Source: Chloroflexota bacterium (GTDB lineage: Bacteria; Chloroflexota; Limnocylindria; Limnocylindrales; CSP1-4). From it: a DNA stretch of 64,000 nucleotides. Under the pieces are notes generated by a model. It made no database searches, had not been told where the DNA came from, and saw only the letters and a list, made by a program, of their open reading frames with translations. This document shows, piece after piece, positions 8,355 through 17,049 of this stretch; position 1 is the first letter of the stretch, and the number at the start of each line of letters is the position of its first letter. Where the stretch lies: assembly GCA_037446495.1 (NCBI GenBank), contig JBBIIL010000003.1, positions 76,011-140,010 on the forward strand, given 5' to 3'. Position numbers and translations under genes: made by a program.

Positions 8355-11300
8355 ATGGATGCATGCGGCAACGTCTCCTGCGGCTTCGCCATGGCTGAGC
8401 GCGCCGAGCTCGAAGTTGACGCTCGTCGGGCGGCGCCCGCCAGCCGATCGGCCAACGGCGCCACGGTCGAGGCCGCCCCCGAGTCCGCTCGCGGCGAGAT
8501 TGCCGGTGCGCGTGCGCGGGGCCGGACGGGCCTGAATCCCCGCCAGGTTCTCGCGATGCAGCGTCTCGTGGGCAACCGCGCTGTGATGGATGCACTGGGG
8601 GCCGACACCTCGACATCGAACGGCAGCGGCGAGGACCTCGTCGAGGCCATGGGCGTCGGCGCGAGGGTCGGCGAGGCGGCCGGCGGCGCGATGGCTGGCA
8701 TGGCCGCCGCCGACGAGACCCTGGGCCGCGGTCAGCGCGGTGCGAGCATGGCCGGCATGGGCCAGGCTGGGCTGGCCGGCGGGATCCCCGGGTCAAGCGC
8801 GGTTGGGACGGCCGGGCTCGAGGGGCCGGCAACCGGCGGCGCGATGGCGGGCGGTGCAGAAGCCGCGGGCGGTGCCGCTGCCGCTGGATCCGCAGTCGTC
8901 GGGACGGCCGGGCTCGCCGGGCAGGGAGCCGGCGGCGCGATGGGCGGCGCTGCAGATACCGCGGGATCCACAGTGGTCGCGATCGCCGGCATGGGCGAGG
9001 CGGCCGGCGGCGGACTGGCCGGGCTCGCCGGACAGGCAGCGGGCGGCGGGATGGCTGGCGGTGCAGAAGCCGCGGGCGGCGCGGCCCAGCAGGCCGAGGC
9101 CTCGGGGCCCGCCACTGGCGCGAACCCTGGCCTCGCAACCGGCGGTGCCGCGGGAGCGGAGCATGCCGATGCAGAAGTCGCGGGCACGTCGGGCCAGGGC
9201 GCGGGGGGGATCGGCCGCGAGACCGGCGCCGCGACAGCAGGGGCCTCGCCCGGTGGCGCCGGCGTCGGCCACGGCGGCGAGACGGCGAGCCACGGGCCCG
9301 CAGGGAGCGAGGCGTCCGCTGGCGAGGCCCCCGATGCAGCTGACGAATCCGCCCAAGCGGGGGAGGCCGCGACGACCGGCAGCGGCGGTGCCGGCGGCGG
9401 CCTTGATCTCGACGCGCCCCCGCCGGCCGGCGAGCCCATCCCCGACGCGACGGTTCCTGCAGCACCGTCCGCCACCGAGGTCAACCGGCTCGGCGAGGCA
9501 CCGCCCGAGGCAGCAATCGAAGCCGGCGAAGTCCAAGCGAGCGAGGAAGGCGAGGTCGAGGAGGAGGACCCGACGGCCGAGGTGTCGGGGCAGGCCGAGT
9601 CGGTGGCGTCGGCAGGTCAGGATGCCGGCGACGGCGGTGTGATCGACGCTGTCGTCAACCGCGCCAAAGCCGCCTTCCGCAGTGTCGCGAACACGGTGAC
9701 CGGTGCCGCCCGCGGGGTCGCCAGCACGGTCTCGGGCGTCGTCCGCAACGCGGTCCGCGGCGCACGCAACCTCGCTCGCAGCATCGTCGACGGCATCGTC
9801 TCGTCGGCGCGGTCCATCAAGGACGGCGTCGTCACCGGCATCCGCGGCGTCTTCGGGTCGGTGATGTCGGCGGCCCGCGGCGTTGTGAACCGCCTGATGG
9901 GCGCCGTCTCAGGCGCCATGAGCAGCGTTCGTGGCGCGGTCATGGCCGCCATCGGGCGGGCACTCCGGGGCGAGCCCCTGATCCCCAATTTCCTCGCGCC
10001 GGTCACCGCGTTCCTTCACCGGCTGTTCGGCGACATCCCCGGCCAGGTCACGCGGATGGTCACGCAGCTCACGCAGACGGCGAACCGGTACGTGGACATG
10101 CTGATCGGCGGCGTCGTGGCCCTCAGCCAGCGGGTGGCTGCAGGCGTCGCCGGTCTCGCGAGCGTGCTGCAAGCGGGCGTGACGGCAGCCGCCAACGCCA
10201 TCTCCAGCCTGGCCGGCCGCGCGGCATCGCTGGTTGCCGAGCTGCCCGGGCTGCTGCGCAGTGCGGTGAGCTGGCTGGTGGATCGGCTTGTCGCTGGCGT
10301 GCGCGCCGCGGTCCGTGCGATCGAGGGCATCGTCAACCGTGCGATCACGAGCATGTCCGCGCGGATCCAGGCCTGGGTCGCCCGCCAGGCCGAGCGGATC
10401 GTCGCCGTCATCGGCCGGGTTCGAGACGCAGTCGTGGCCGCCGCGCAGTGGGTCGCCAACCTGATCCGAGCCGCGCTCGCCCGGCTGGCTGCCTTCCGCG
10501 ACTGGCTGATCCGCGGCGCCACAGCCGTCCTCGGCCGCGTCCTCCGGCGGGTGCTCCAGCCGCTCCAGCAGGCCCTCATGCGGTACGTCATCGGGCTGAT
10601 CGGACCCGAGGTCCACACGGCCATCGCCACGGCGCAGGCGCTGTTCCCCAACGGCATGCCGACCCCGCCGCAGCTCCCGCAGGCGCAGGCCGACGCGGCA
10701 TCGCAGGCCAGCAGCAGCGCGACCGACGAGATCCTCAACGGCCTCATCAACCCCGAGGGCGACCACTTCTCGGTCGGCTTCACCGTCGGCGGCGACATCG
10801 CCTTGGGCGGCGGGATCTCGGGCGGGATCACGCCGCTGCAGCTCGACGTGGTCATGGACTACCGACGCAACGACATCGGGTTCTTCGTGTCGCCCGGGGC
10901 CAGCGTCCAGGGGAACATCGGCGAGGCGGGCGCCGTCGCGTCGGAGTCGGTCAACTTCGCGTGGGGCACCGTGGGCTCGTTCGGCAACAAGGACAAGGAC
11001 GTGCTCCAGGCGTACGGCGGCATGTTCTCCAACGCGAACTACGGCTATGCGATCGGCGGCGCCTACGAGGCCGGCGTTGGCCTCAGCTCCGGCGGGACGA
11101 TCTATCGGGGCGGCTCGTACGACTTCGGGCCTTCGGTGGACATGCCGATCGCATTCGGCTCCACGCACAGCGTCCCCGGCGACCACACGCCGACCATCCG
11201 AGAAGGCCGGCCGGACGCGTTTGACACGATCCGTCTGGGCGAGGTCCTGTTCCCGCGGGGCAGCGCGGACGTCAACGCCAGCTCGAACGGGGCCACGGCG

Positions 11301-12050
11301 ATCACCGACGCCGCCGCGACCGTGAACGGCTACCCGGCGGCGCACGACGGCGCGAACGTGATCCGCGTCTCCATCAGCGGCGAGGCGAGTCGGGTCTGGA
11401 GCCACCCGCGGCCCGGCGAGAGCCGCGAGGACGACAACGCCACCCTGGCGCAGCACCGGGCGGAGAACGTCCGCGACCGCCTGCAGCCACTGGTGCCGAG
11501 TCAGTCCATCAGCGCCCAGGGCTTCGGCGACTCGTCGGCGGCGCGGGCGGGCAAGGCGGAGAGCGACGCCAGCCCCGAGGACCAGCGCGCCACGATGTTC
11601 GCGGACGCCTACAAGGCCGGTGACGCTGGTGGCTTCGGGCCCGACCAGGTTGGCCCCGACCGCCAAGTCCCCGACACCTTCAACATCCGCCCGGGCCTCC
11701 CGACCGGCTTCGTGGACTTCTCGCAACGCCAGGCCTGGGGCTGGGACACGACCCTCAGCGTCGCGGCCCTCGAGGGCGCCCAAGCGAAGACGAGCGTGTT
11801 CGCCGGCGCGGGCGTGAGCTACTCGGTGCCCCTCGGCAAGACGCACTTCGCGCCTGAGACGATGACCAAGATCCGGGTCGCCTTCGGCCTGGCGAAGATC
11901 GTCGGCGACATCATGACCCTCAGCCCGCTCGGTCTGGCCCGCGACCTCCTGGGCGTGGCGCCCGGCGTCGAGGCCCTCGTCCACGAGCACTTCGGCCAGG
12001 CCGTGGGCGACTGGACAATCCCGACGCCCTCCGGCATCGCCGTGGCGTAG
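8355..12050 (+). CDS. 1231-aa multidomain protein of unknown function with an N-terminal LQRxxGNRAV-type motif, Gly/Ala tandem repeats, 11-mer amphipathic repeats, a long helical region, a Gly-rich beta-like region, an OmpA-C-like domain and an unknown C-terminal domain
   Basis: Uninterrupted ORF with GC-rich third codon positions and GAGG 7 nt upstream of the ATG. VLAMQRLVGNRAVMDAL lies near the N-terminus. The segment NATLAQHRAENVRDRL...ISAQGFGDSSA resembles the NxxLSxxRAxxV core of OmpA/MotB C-terminal domains. I see no N-terminal signal peptide. Confidence 0.75.
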   Translation: MDACGNVSCGFAMAERAELEVDARRAAPASRSANGATVEAAPESARGEIAGARARGRTGLNPRQVLAMQRLVGNRAVMDALGADTSTSNGSGEDLVEAMGVGARVGEAAGGAMAGMAAADETLGRGQRGASMAGMGQAGLAGGIPGSSAVGTAGLEGPATGGAMAGGAEAAGGAAAAGSAVVGTAGLAGQGAGGAMGGAADTAGSTVVAIAGMGEAAGGGLAGLAGQAAGGGMAGGAEAAGGAAQQAEASGPATGANPGLATGGAAGAEHADAEVAGTSGQGAGGIGRETGAATAGASPGGAGVGHGGETASHGPAGSEASAGEAPDAADESAQAGEAATTGSGGAGGGLDLDAPPPAGEPIPDATVPAAPSATEVNRLGEAPPEAAIEAGEVQASEEGEVEEEDPTAEVSGQAESVASAGQDAGDGGVIDAVVNRAKAAFRSVANTVTGAARGVASTVSGVVRNAVRGARNLARSIVDGIVSSARSIKDGVVTGIRGVFGSVMSAARGVVNRLMGAVSGAMSSVRGAVMAAIGRALRGEPLIPNFLAPVTAFLHRLFGDIPGQVTRMVTQLTQTANRYVDMLIGGVVALSQRVAAGVAGLASVLQAGVTAAANAISSLAGRAASLVAELPGLLRSAVSWLVDRLVAGVRAAVRAIEGIVNRAITSMSARIQAWVARQAERIVAVIGRVRDAVVAAAQWVANLIRAALARLAAFRDWLIRGATAVLGRVLRRVLQPLQQALMRYVIGLIGPEVHTAIATAQALFPNGMPTPPQLPQAQADAASQASSSATDEILNGLINPEGDHFSVGFTVGGDIALGGGISGGITPLQLDVVMDYRRNDIGFFVSPGASVQGNIGEAGAVASESVNFAWGTVGSFGNKDKDVLQAYGGMFSNANYGYAIGGAYEAGVGLSSGGTIYRGGSYDFGPSVDMPIAFGSTHSVPGDHTPTIREGRPDAFDTIRLGEVLFPRGSADVNASSNGATAITDAAATVNGYPAAHDGANVIRVSISGEASRVWSHPRPGESREDDNATLAQHRAENVRDRLQPLVPSQSISAQGFGDSSAARAGKAESDASPEDQRATMFADAYKAGDAGGFGPDQVGPDRQVPDTFNIRPGLPTGFVDFSQRQAWGWDTTLSVAALEGAQAKTSVFAGAGVSYSVPLGKTHFAPETMTKIRVAFGLAKIVGDIMTLSPLGLARDLLGVAPGVEALVHEHFGQAVGDWTIPTPSGIAVA

Positions 12051-12076
12051 GCAAAGGGCCGAACGGAGGTTCCCGC

Positions 12077-12634
12077 ATGCCGCTCCCCGCACCCGATTCC
12101 CCGCCCGTCGGCACGCCGCCGGTGCTCTGGACCTCGCCAGCCGACGAGGCGCCCCTCGTGACGGGCGACGGCGAGGGTGGCGTTGGTGCCGGAGCGTTCA
12201 CCCCGGCGCCGTTCCGGGACGTGGTGATCGACGCGGTCGTGGAGCTTCAGTCGGGCGGCGACGATGCAGCCTGTGGGGTGTTCTTCCGCCAGGTGGACGA
12301 ACGCGACTACCTCGGGTTCAGCGTCACCGCCTCCGGCCGCGCGGTGATCTTCGCGGTGGCCGGCGGGCAGTTGCGGGTCCTCGCCGACGGGCCGATCCCC
12401 GCCGACGCCCCGTACGAGCGGGGGATCCCGGCGGCGAACCGCCTCACGGTCGTGACGGCGGGGCCGTCGATCACCTGCGTCCTCAACAGCTACGTGCTCA
12501 CGGGGGTGATCGCGGAGCCCCGGTACAAGGCCGGGCTTGCCGGGGCGCTCGTGGTGCCCGGCCAGCCGGGTGTGGCCGCGGCGGCGAGGGTCCGCTGGGC
12601 GCAGGTCCGCGCGCTGCTGCCCGACCAGGCGTAG
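12077..12634 (+). CDS. 185-aa hypothetical protein, possibly a concanavalin-A-like/DUF1080-like jelly roll
   Basis: GGAGG 9 nt upstream of the ATG, starting 27 nt after the stop of the 1231-aa gene. The alternating beta-strand-like pattern (VIDAVVELQ, GVFFRQVDERDYLGFSV, RLTVVTAGPSITCVLN) is only a fold guess. Confidence 0.5.
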   Translation: MPLPAPDSPPVGTPPVLWTSPADEAPLVTGDGEGGVGAGAFTPAPFRDVVIDAVVELQSGGDDAACGVFFRQVDERDYLGFSVTASGRAVIFAVAGGQLRVLADGPIPADAPYERGIPAANRLTVVTAGPSITCVLNSYVLTGVIAEPRYKAGLAGALVVPGQPGVAAAARVRWAQVRALLPDQA

Positions 12635-12637
12635 CCC

Positions 12638-13432
12638 TCAGGCGCCCGCGTCGGCGTCGAGGTCGAGCGCGAGCGCGGCCGCCACCAAGTCCGCGTTGAA
12701 GTCGGGCGCGACGCCAGCCTCGTGCGTTGCTTCATCATCGGCCAGCACATCGTCCTCGGCCCTCGCCCTGCCGCTCGCGTCCGCGTCGAACAGCTCCAGC
12801 TGGTCGCCCGCGAGCAGCACCTGGAGGGCCTGCCAGCTCTTGCGGTGATGCGGCGTGAGGCCGTGGGCGCGAATCGCCTCGCGGTGCTCGAGCGTGGCAT
12901 ACCCCGCGTTGCGCTCCCAGCCGTACTGCGGGTAGCGGAGCGCGAGGCTGCGCATCATCCGGTCGCGGACGGTCTTGGCGACAACCGAGGCGCACGCGAT
13001 CGAGTAGACCAGCGCATCGCCGTCCACGATGGCCGTGTAGGCGCCAACATGCCGCTCGAAGTCGGCGATGCGGAGGCCGTCCACGAGCACGTGGTCGTGG
13101 CCGCCCAAGCGGGCGATGGCGCGGCGCATCGCGAGATGGGTCGCGTGGTAGATGTTGAGCCGGTCGATGTCCGCGACCGATGCTGCGCCGAGGCCAACGG
13201 CCACAGCCCGCCGCCGGATGATCGGGGCGAGCCGCTCGCGCTGACCGGCGGACAGGGTCTTCGAGTCCCGAACGCCTTCGATGCGCTTGCAGTTGGGCGG
13301 CATGACCACTGCCGCGGCCACCACCGCGCCGCAGGTCGGGGCCACGCCCACCTCGTCCACGCCGGCGATCCGCAGCTGGCCCGCCTGCCACAGGAGGCGC
13401 TCGAAGCGGAGGGTGGGGACGATCGGCGTCAT
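12638..13432 (-). CDS. rnhB: ribonuclease HII with acidic C-terminal extension
   Basis: IAGVDEVG and DSKTLS motifs. The ATG at 13432 (MTPIVPTLRFERLLW) is preferred, because the longer track ORF would overlap the divergent PhzF gene. Confidence 0.85.
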   Translation of the reverse strand: MTPIVPTLRFERLLWQAGQLRIAGVDEVGVAPTCGAVVAAAVVMPPNCKRIEGVRDSKTLSAGQRERLAPIIRRRAVAVGLGAASVADIDRLNIYHATHLAMRRAIARLGGHDHVLVDGLRIADFERHVGAYTAIVDGDALVYSIACASVVAKTVRDRMMRSLALRYPQYGWERNAGYATLEHREAIRAHGLTPHHRKSWQALQVLLAGDQLELFDADASGRARAEDDVLADDEATHEAGVAPDFNADLVAAALALDLDADAGA

Positions 13433-13478
13433 CACCGAAAGCGTAGCGCCGCCGGGCGATCGGCGGCACACTCGCGCC

Positions 13479-14309
13479 ATGCAGCGACCCTTTGCGCAGG
13501 TCGACGTCTTCACCACCGGACCCGGCATGGGCAACCCGCTGGCCGTTGTGCTCGACGCCGCGGGCCTGGCGGCCGCCGACATGCAGCGCTTCGCGCGCTG
13601 GACGAACCTGTCGGAGACGACGTTCGTCGTCCCCACCGACGACCCTGACGCCGACTACGCCGTGCGGATCTTCACGCCCGACTCGGAGCTGCCGTTCGCC
13701 GGCCACCCGACCCTCGGGACATGCCACGCCTGGCTTGAGTCGGGCGGGCGGCCCCGGGACCCGGAGCGGATGGTCCAGGCGTGCGCGGCCGGGCTGGTGG
13801 AGGTGCGGCGGCACGGCGACGGCCTCGCGTTCGCCGCTCCCCCGCTCCGCCGCTCGGGCCCCGTTGACGAGGCGGACCTCGGCGTTGTGGCCGCGTCCCT
13901 GGGGATCTCCCGGGACGACATCCAGGACGCCGTCTGGGCCGACAACGGGCCGGGATGGATGGCGCTGCTGCTCAGCGATGCCGAGGCGGTGCTGGCGATC
14001 GCGCCGGGCGCGGTTCCGCTCGACGTCGGTCTGGTGGGCTTCTACCCGGCGGGCTCGCCGGCGGCAATCGAGGTGCGCGCCCTCTACCCGCAGAACGGCT
14101 TCACGGTGGAGGACCCCGTGACGGGCAGTCTCAACGCGTCAGTGGCCGGGTGGCTGCTCGAGACGGGCCGGATCACCGCCCCGTACGTGGCCAGCCAGGG
14201 GACCGCGATCGGCCGCGCCGGCCGCGTCGAGGTGTTCGCGACCGAGGATGGACGCGTCTTCGTGGGGGGCCGGACTCTCACCCTGGTCACCGGGACAGTG
14301 GACATCTAG
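13479..14309 (+). CDS. PhzF-family isomerase-like protein
   Basis: MQRPFAQVDVFTTGPGMGNPLAVVLD N-terminus and overall length are typical of the PhzF/YddE family. Confidence 0.85.
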   Translation: MQRPFAQVDVFTTGPGMGNPLAVVLDAAGLAAADMQRFARWTNLSETTFVVPTDDPDADYAVRIFTPDSELPFAGHPTLGTCHAWLESGGRPRDPERMVQACAAGLVEVRRHGDGLAFAAPPLRRSGPVDEADLGVVAASLGISRDDIQDAVWADNGPGWMALLLSDAEAVLAIAPGAVPLDVGLVGFYPAGSPAAIEVRALYPQNGFTVEDPVTGSLNASVAGWLLETGRITAPYVASQGTAIGRAGRVEVFATEDGRVFVGGRTLTLVTGTVDI

Positions 14310-14378
14310 GTCTCGGCGGACCGGCGCCCGCGGATCGGACGGCAGCCGTCGGGCACGGGCGGGAACCGGTTGCTTCGG

Positions 14379-15758
14379 TCAGCGGCGCACCGCAGCACAG
14401 GGAACGTCGATGTGCCAGGTCTTGGGATCCTCGCTCGGGGAAACCAGGACACGCACTGAGGCGGCGCCGCGCGCGCAGGCGGCAGCTCCCGCGTCAACCG
14501 CTGCGAGCGTGTTCGGCCCGGTCGAGGCGCGGGCCTGGAGGCGGAAGCCCTGCCCAAACGCCAGTCCGCCGACGAGGACCACCGCCAGGAGCAGCCCGAC
14601 GGGGATGACCCGCGCGGTCAGCCCCCAGGTCGCGCCGAGCCGCGGCAGCAGGCGGCCGAGCTCGCGCGCCAGCAGGCCGACGGTGATCGCGAGCGCGATG
14701 AGCGACAGCGCGGATGGCTCGTACTGATAGCGGTAGTAGAACCCGTGGTTGACGACGATCGCCACGACGAACACCGCGAGCCCGGTCGCCGCGGTCAGGA
14801 CGGGGACCGCCAGGAGCCGCAGCCGGGCAGCGCGGCTCCGGCCACCCGCAGGCTCGAGGGCGAGCGCGAGAGCGAGCGCCGCGATGGCAGCCCCGAGGAT
14901 CGGCAGCACCAGATTGTTCCACGCGACCTGCCCCGGCCCGAACCACGCGCTGTCAACGACGTACATGCGGAACGAGTCGAGCAGCATCCCGATCGTCACG
15001 GTGTCATGACCGGGGGACACTCGCTGGCTGAGCAGCATCGCGAGCACCTGCGGCGCAGTGGCGACGACGGTGACCGCAGCCATGACCCGGGCCCGTGGAA
15101 CCCGAAGAGCCACCGAGACCAGCGCGAGCGCCACGAGCACGGGCGCCATCGCCGAAGTCAGCGCTGTCGCAGCCACGAGGACCATGTCGGCAATCGACGA
15201 TCGGCGCCCGCTCCACGTCGTCAACAGCACGGCCGAGGCAGCGGCCAGCAGGATCCAGTGCAGGTTCGTGAGGTTCCCCGAGATCTCCCGGCCCGCCTGG
15301 TACACGAGCACGAGAGCGGCAGCACCCATCAGCCCAGCAATCGCCGAACCCGTCAGGCCCTCGACAGCGAGGGCCAGCACAAGTGCCGCGAGCGCGGCGA
15401 CGCCGGCCGCTGCAGCGGTGAGCCGAAGGCCCATGGTTGCCGGGTTGCCGATCGGGACCACCTCGGCAGCGAGGCGTGGGACGGTGTGGAGGTACCCCTG
15501 GTAGGGCGTGACCAGGCACGCAATCGGCCCCTGGTCGTAGGCGCACTGGCCGAAGATCAAACCGTCCTCGGCCCACACCGTGCGCCACTTCGGGATCGCC
15601 TGCTGGCGCAGGAACGTTGCGCCGACGACAAGGATCACCACGGCGGCCGCGAGGACGACCATGCGCGCCAGCCGGAGGCGCTGGGCGACAACGTCACTTC
15701 GGCCCGAGGATCCCGCCGGGTCGGCGGCGGGCGTGTCTGGGGACTCGGCCATGGGCAT
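14379..15758 (-). CDS. polytopic membrane protein, possibly a GT-C-type glycosyltransferase
   Basis: More than 10 predicted hydrophobic helices, and an acidic WAEDGLIFG motif in the first extracytoplasmic loop. I do not recognise a specific family. Confidence 0.4.
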   Translation of the reverse strand: MPMAESPDTPAADPAGSSGRSDVVAQRLRLARMVVLAAAVVILVVGATFLRQQAIPKWRTVWAEDGLIFGQCAYDQGPIACLVTPYQGYLHTVPRLAAEVVPIGNPATMGLRLTAAAAGVAALAALVLALAVEGLTGSAIAGLMGAAALVLVYQAGREISGNLTNLHWILLAAASAVLLTTWSGRRSSIADMVLVAATALTSAMAPVLVALALVSVALRVPRARVMAAVTVVATAPQVLAMLLSQRVSPGHDTVTIGMLLDSFRMYVVDSAWFGPGQVAWNNLVLPILGAAIAALALALALEPAGGRSRAARLRLLAVPVLTAATGLAVFVVAIVVNHGFYYRYQYEPSALSLIALAITVGLLARELGRLLPRLGATWGLTARVIPVGLLLAVVLVGGLAFGQGFRLQARASTGPNTLAAVDAGAAACARGAASVRVLVSPSEDPKTWHIDVPCAAVRR

Positions 15759-15797
15759 CCCTGCGCTGGGGCGCGGTGGGACAGGCCCGGCAGCGGC

Positions 15798-16142
15798 CTA
15801 GCGACGCTCGCGCAGGGTCGTGGCGGCCTTGCCGACTCGGTTGCGCAGGAAGTACAGCTTCGCGCGCCGGACCTGACCGTGGCGCACGACCTCGACCTTC
15901 TCGATGCGCGGGCTGTTGAGCTTGAATGTGCGCTCCACGCCGACGCCCGAGGCGATCCGGCGGACCGTGATCGCCGAGGCGATCCCCGCGTTGCGCGTCC
16001 GCATCACGAGTCCCTCGAAGACCTGGATGCGCTCGCGTGTCCCCTCGATGACCCTCGCGGACACCTTGACGGTGTCGCCGGGAACGATGACGGGCAGGTC
16101 GGTCCGCAGCTGTTCGGCCACGATCTCGTTGAGCACGTTCAC
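15798..16142 (-). CDS. rplS: 50S ribosomal protein L19
   Basis: [17 protein letters not shown]...GDTVKV...RIQVFEG is typical L19. The GTG at 16142 has AAGGA upstream. The longer track ORF would cover the predicted promoter. Confidence 0.93.
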   Translation of the reverse strand: MNVLNEIVAEQLRTDLPVIVPGDTVKVSARVIEGTRERIQVFEGLVMRTRNAGIASAITVRRIASGVGVERTFKLNSPRIEKVEVVRHGQVRRAKLYFLRNRVGKAATTLRERR

Positions 16143-16234
16143 TGGTGAGCAGTCCTTGTTCGGTCGTCGGCAGCGGCGGCTGCGGTTCTGGAGGTGCGAG
16201 GGGCGGCGCGCCGCGGAGGCATGGCCGACGGCGG

Positions 16235-16263
16235 AGGATAGCACGCCCGAGCGGGCATGTCAG
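16235..16263 (-). promoter_or_regulatory. candidate sigma70-type promoter of rplS (-35 CTGACA, 17-nt spacer, TGc-TATCCT)
   Basis: The minus strand reads cCTGACAtgcccgctcgggcgTGcTATCCTccgcc, about 95 nt upstream of the rplS GTG. The 13-mer cgtgctatcctcc recurs upstream of rpsF. Confidence 0.5.
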
Positions 16264-16313
16264 GCCCGGCCGTCGCTTCGACGCAGCGGCGGGTCGGCCC
16301 GCGACGGCTCAGG
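16241..16313 (-). repeat. dispersed intergenic element, compact copy (trmD stop to rplS promoter)
   Basis: About 72 bp matching the two ends of the 7391-7641 element. It starts exactly at the trmD stop codon and contains an 8-bp stem (gccgtcgc/gcgacggc) read on the minus strand. Confidence 0.8.
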
Positions 16314-17049
16314 CCTCCCCGTGCGCTGCCCCGGAGCGGGCCTCGGCGAGCAGCTTCGCCTCCTCCCCGCTCAGCGCCCGGCCGGCGAGCAGATCGGGCC
16401 GTCGCTCCAGGGTGCGTCGCAGCGACTCGCGGACACGCCACTGGCGGACCTGCTCGTGGTGGCCGGAAACGAGCACGGGCGGCACGGAGACGCCGCCGTA
16501 GACGGCCGGACGCGTGTACTGCGGGTACTCCAGCAGCCCAGCCGCGAACGACTCCTCCGCGGTGGAAGCCTCGTCGATGGCGCCGGGGAGCAGCCGGATG
16601 ACGGCATCCATGATGACCAGCGCCGCGAGCTCCCCACCCGTGAGCACGTAGTCGCCGATCGAGAGTTCGCGGTCGCACATGGCGCGGATGCGCTCGTCCA
16701 CGCCCTCGTAGCGCGGGCAGAGGAAGACCAGGTGCGAAGCCTCCGCAAGGTCGTGCGCCACGGCCTGGCGAAACACCTCGCCAACAGGGTCGAGCAGGAT
16801 GACGACCGAGTCGGACCGGCGGACGTCCGCGAGCGCGGACGCGACCACGTCCACGCGCAGGACCATGCCCGCTCCCCCGCCGTACGTGTAGTCATCGACG
16901 GTGTGGTGGCGGCCGAGGCCCCAGCGGCGCAGGTCGTGGACACGGATGGTCGCGAGGCCCTGCTCCTGGATGCGCGCCGGGATGCTCTCCGCCAGCGGCC
17001 CCTCGACCATCGGCGGGAAGAGGGTCAGGACGTCGATCTCGAGCGGCAT
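16309..17049 (-). CDS. trmD: tRNA (guanine37-N1)-methyltransferase
   Basis: Full-length TrmD similarity ([24 protein letters not shown]-like [10 protein letters not shown]). Confidence 0.95.
   Translation of the reverse strand: MPLEIDVLTLFPPMVEGPLAESIPARIQEQGLATIRVHDLRRWGLGRHHTVDDYTYGGGAGMVLRVDVVASALADVRRSDSVVILLDPVGEVFRQAVAHDLAEASHLVFLCPRYEGVDERIRAMCDRELSIGDYVLTGGELAALVIMDAVIRLLPGAIDEASTAEESFAAGLLEYPQYTRPAVYGGVSVPPVLVSGHHEQVRQWRVRESLRRTLERRPDLLAGRALSGEEAKLLAEARSGAAHGEA

Noticed and set aside
8350-12092. Antisense ORFs across the 1231-aa gene (8350-9465-, 8732-9484-, 8793-9536-, 9909-12092-, 10016-10855-).
   Set aside because: They mirror the Gly/Ala-repeat and Ala/Val/Arg-rich coding strand. 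They have no start context and no recognisable domains. The plus-strand frame is continuous for 3.7 kb and contains the OmpA-like motif.
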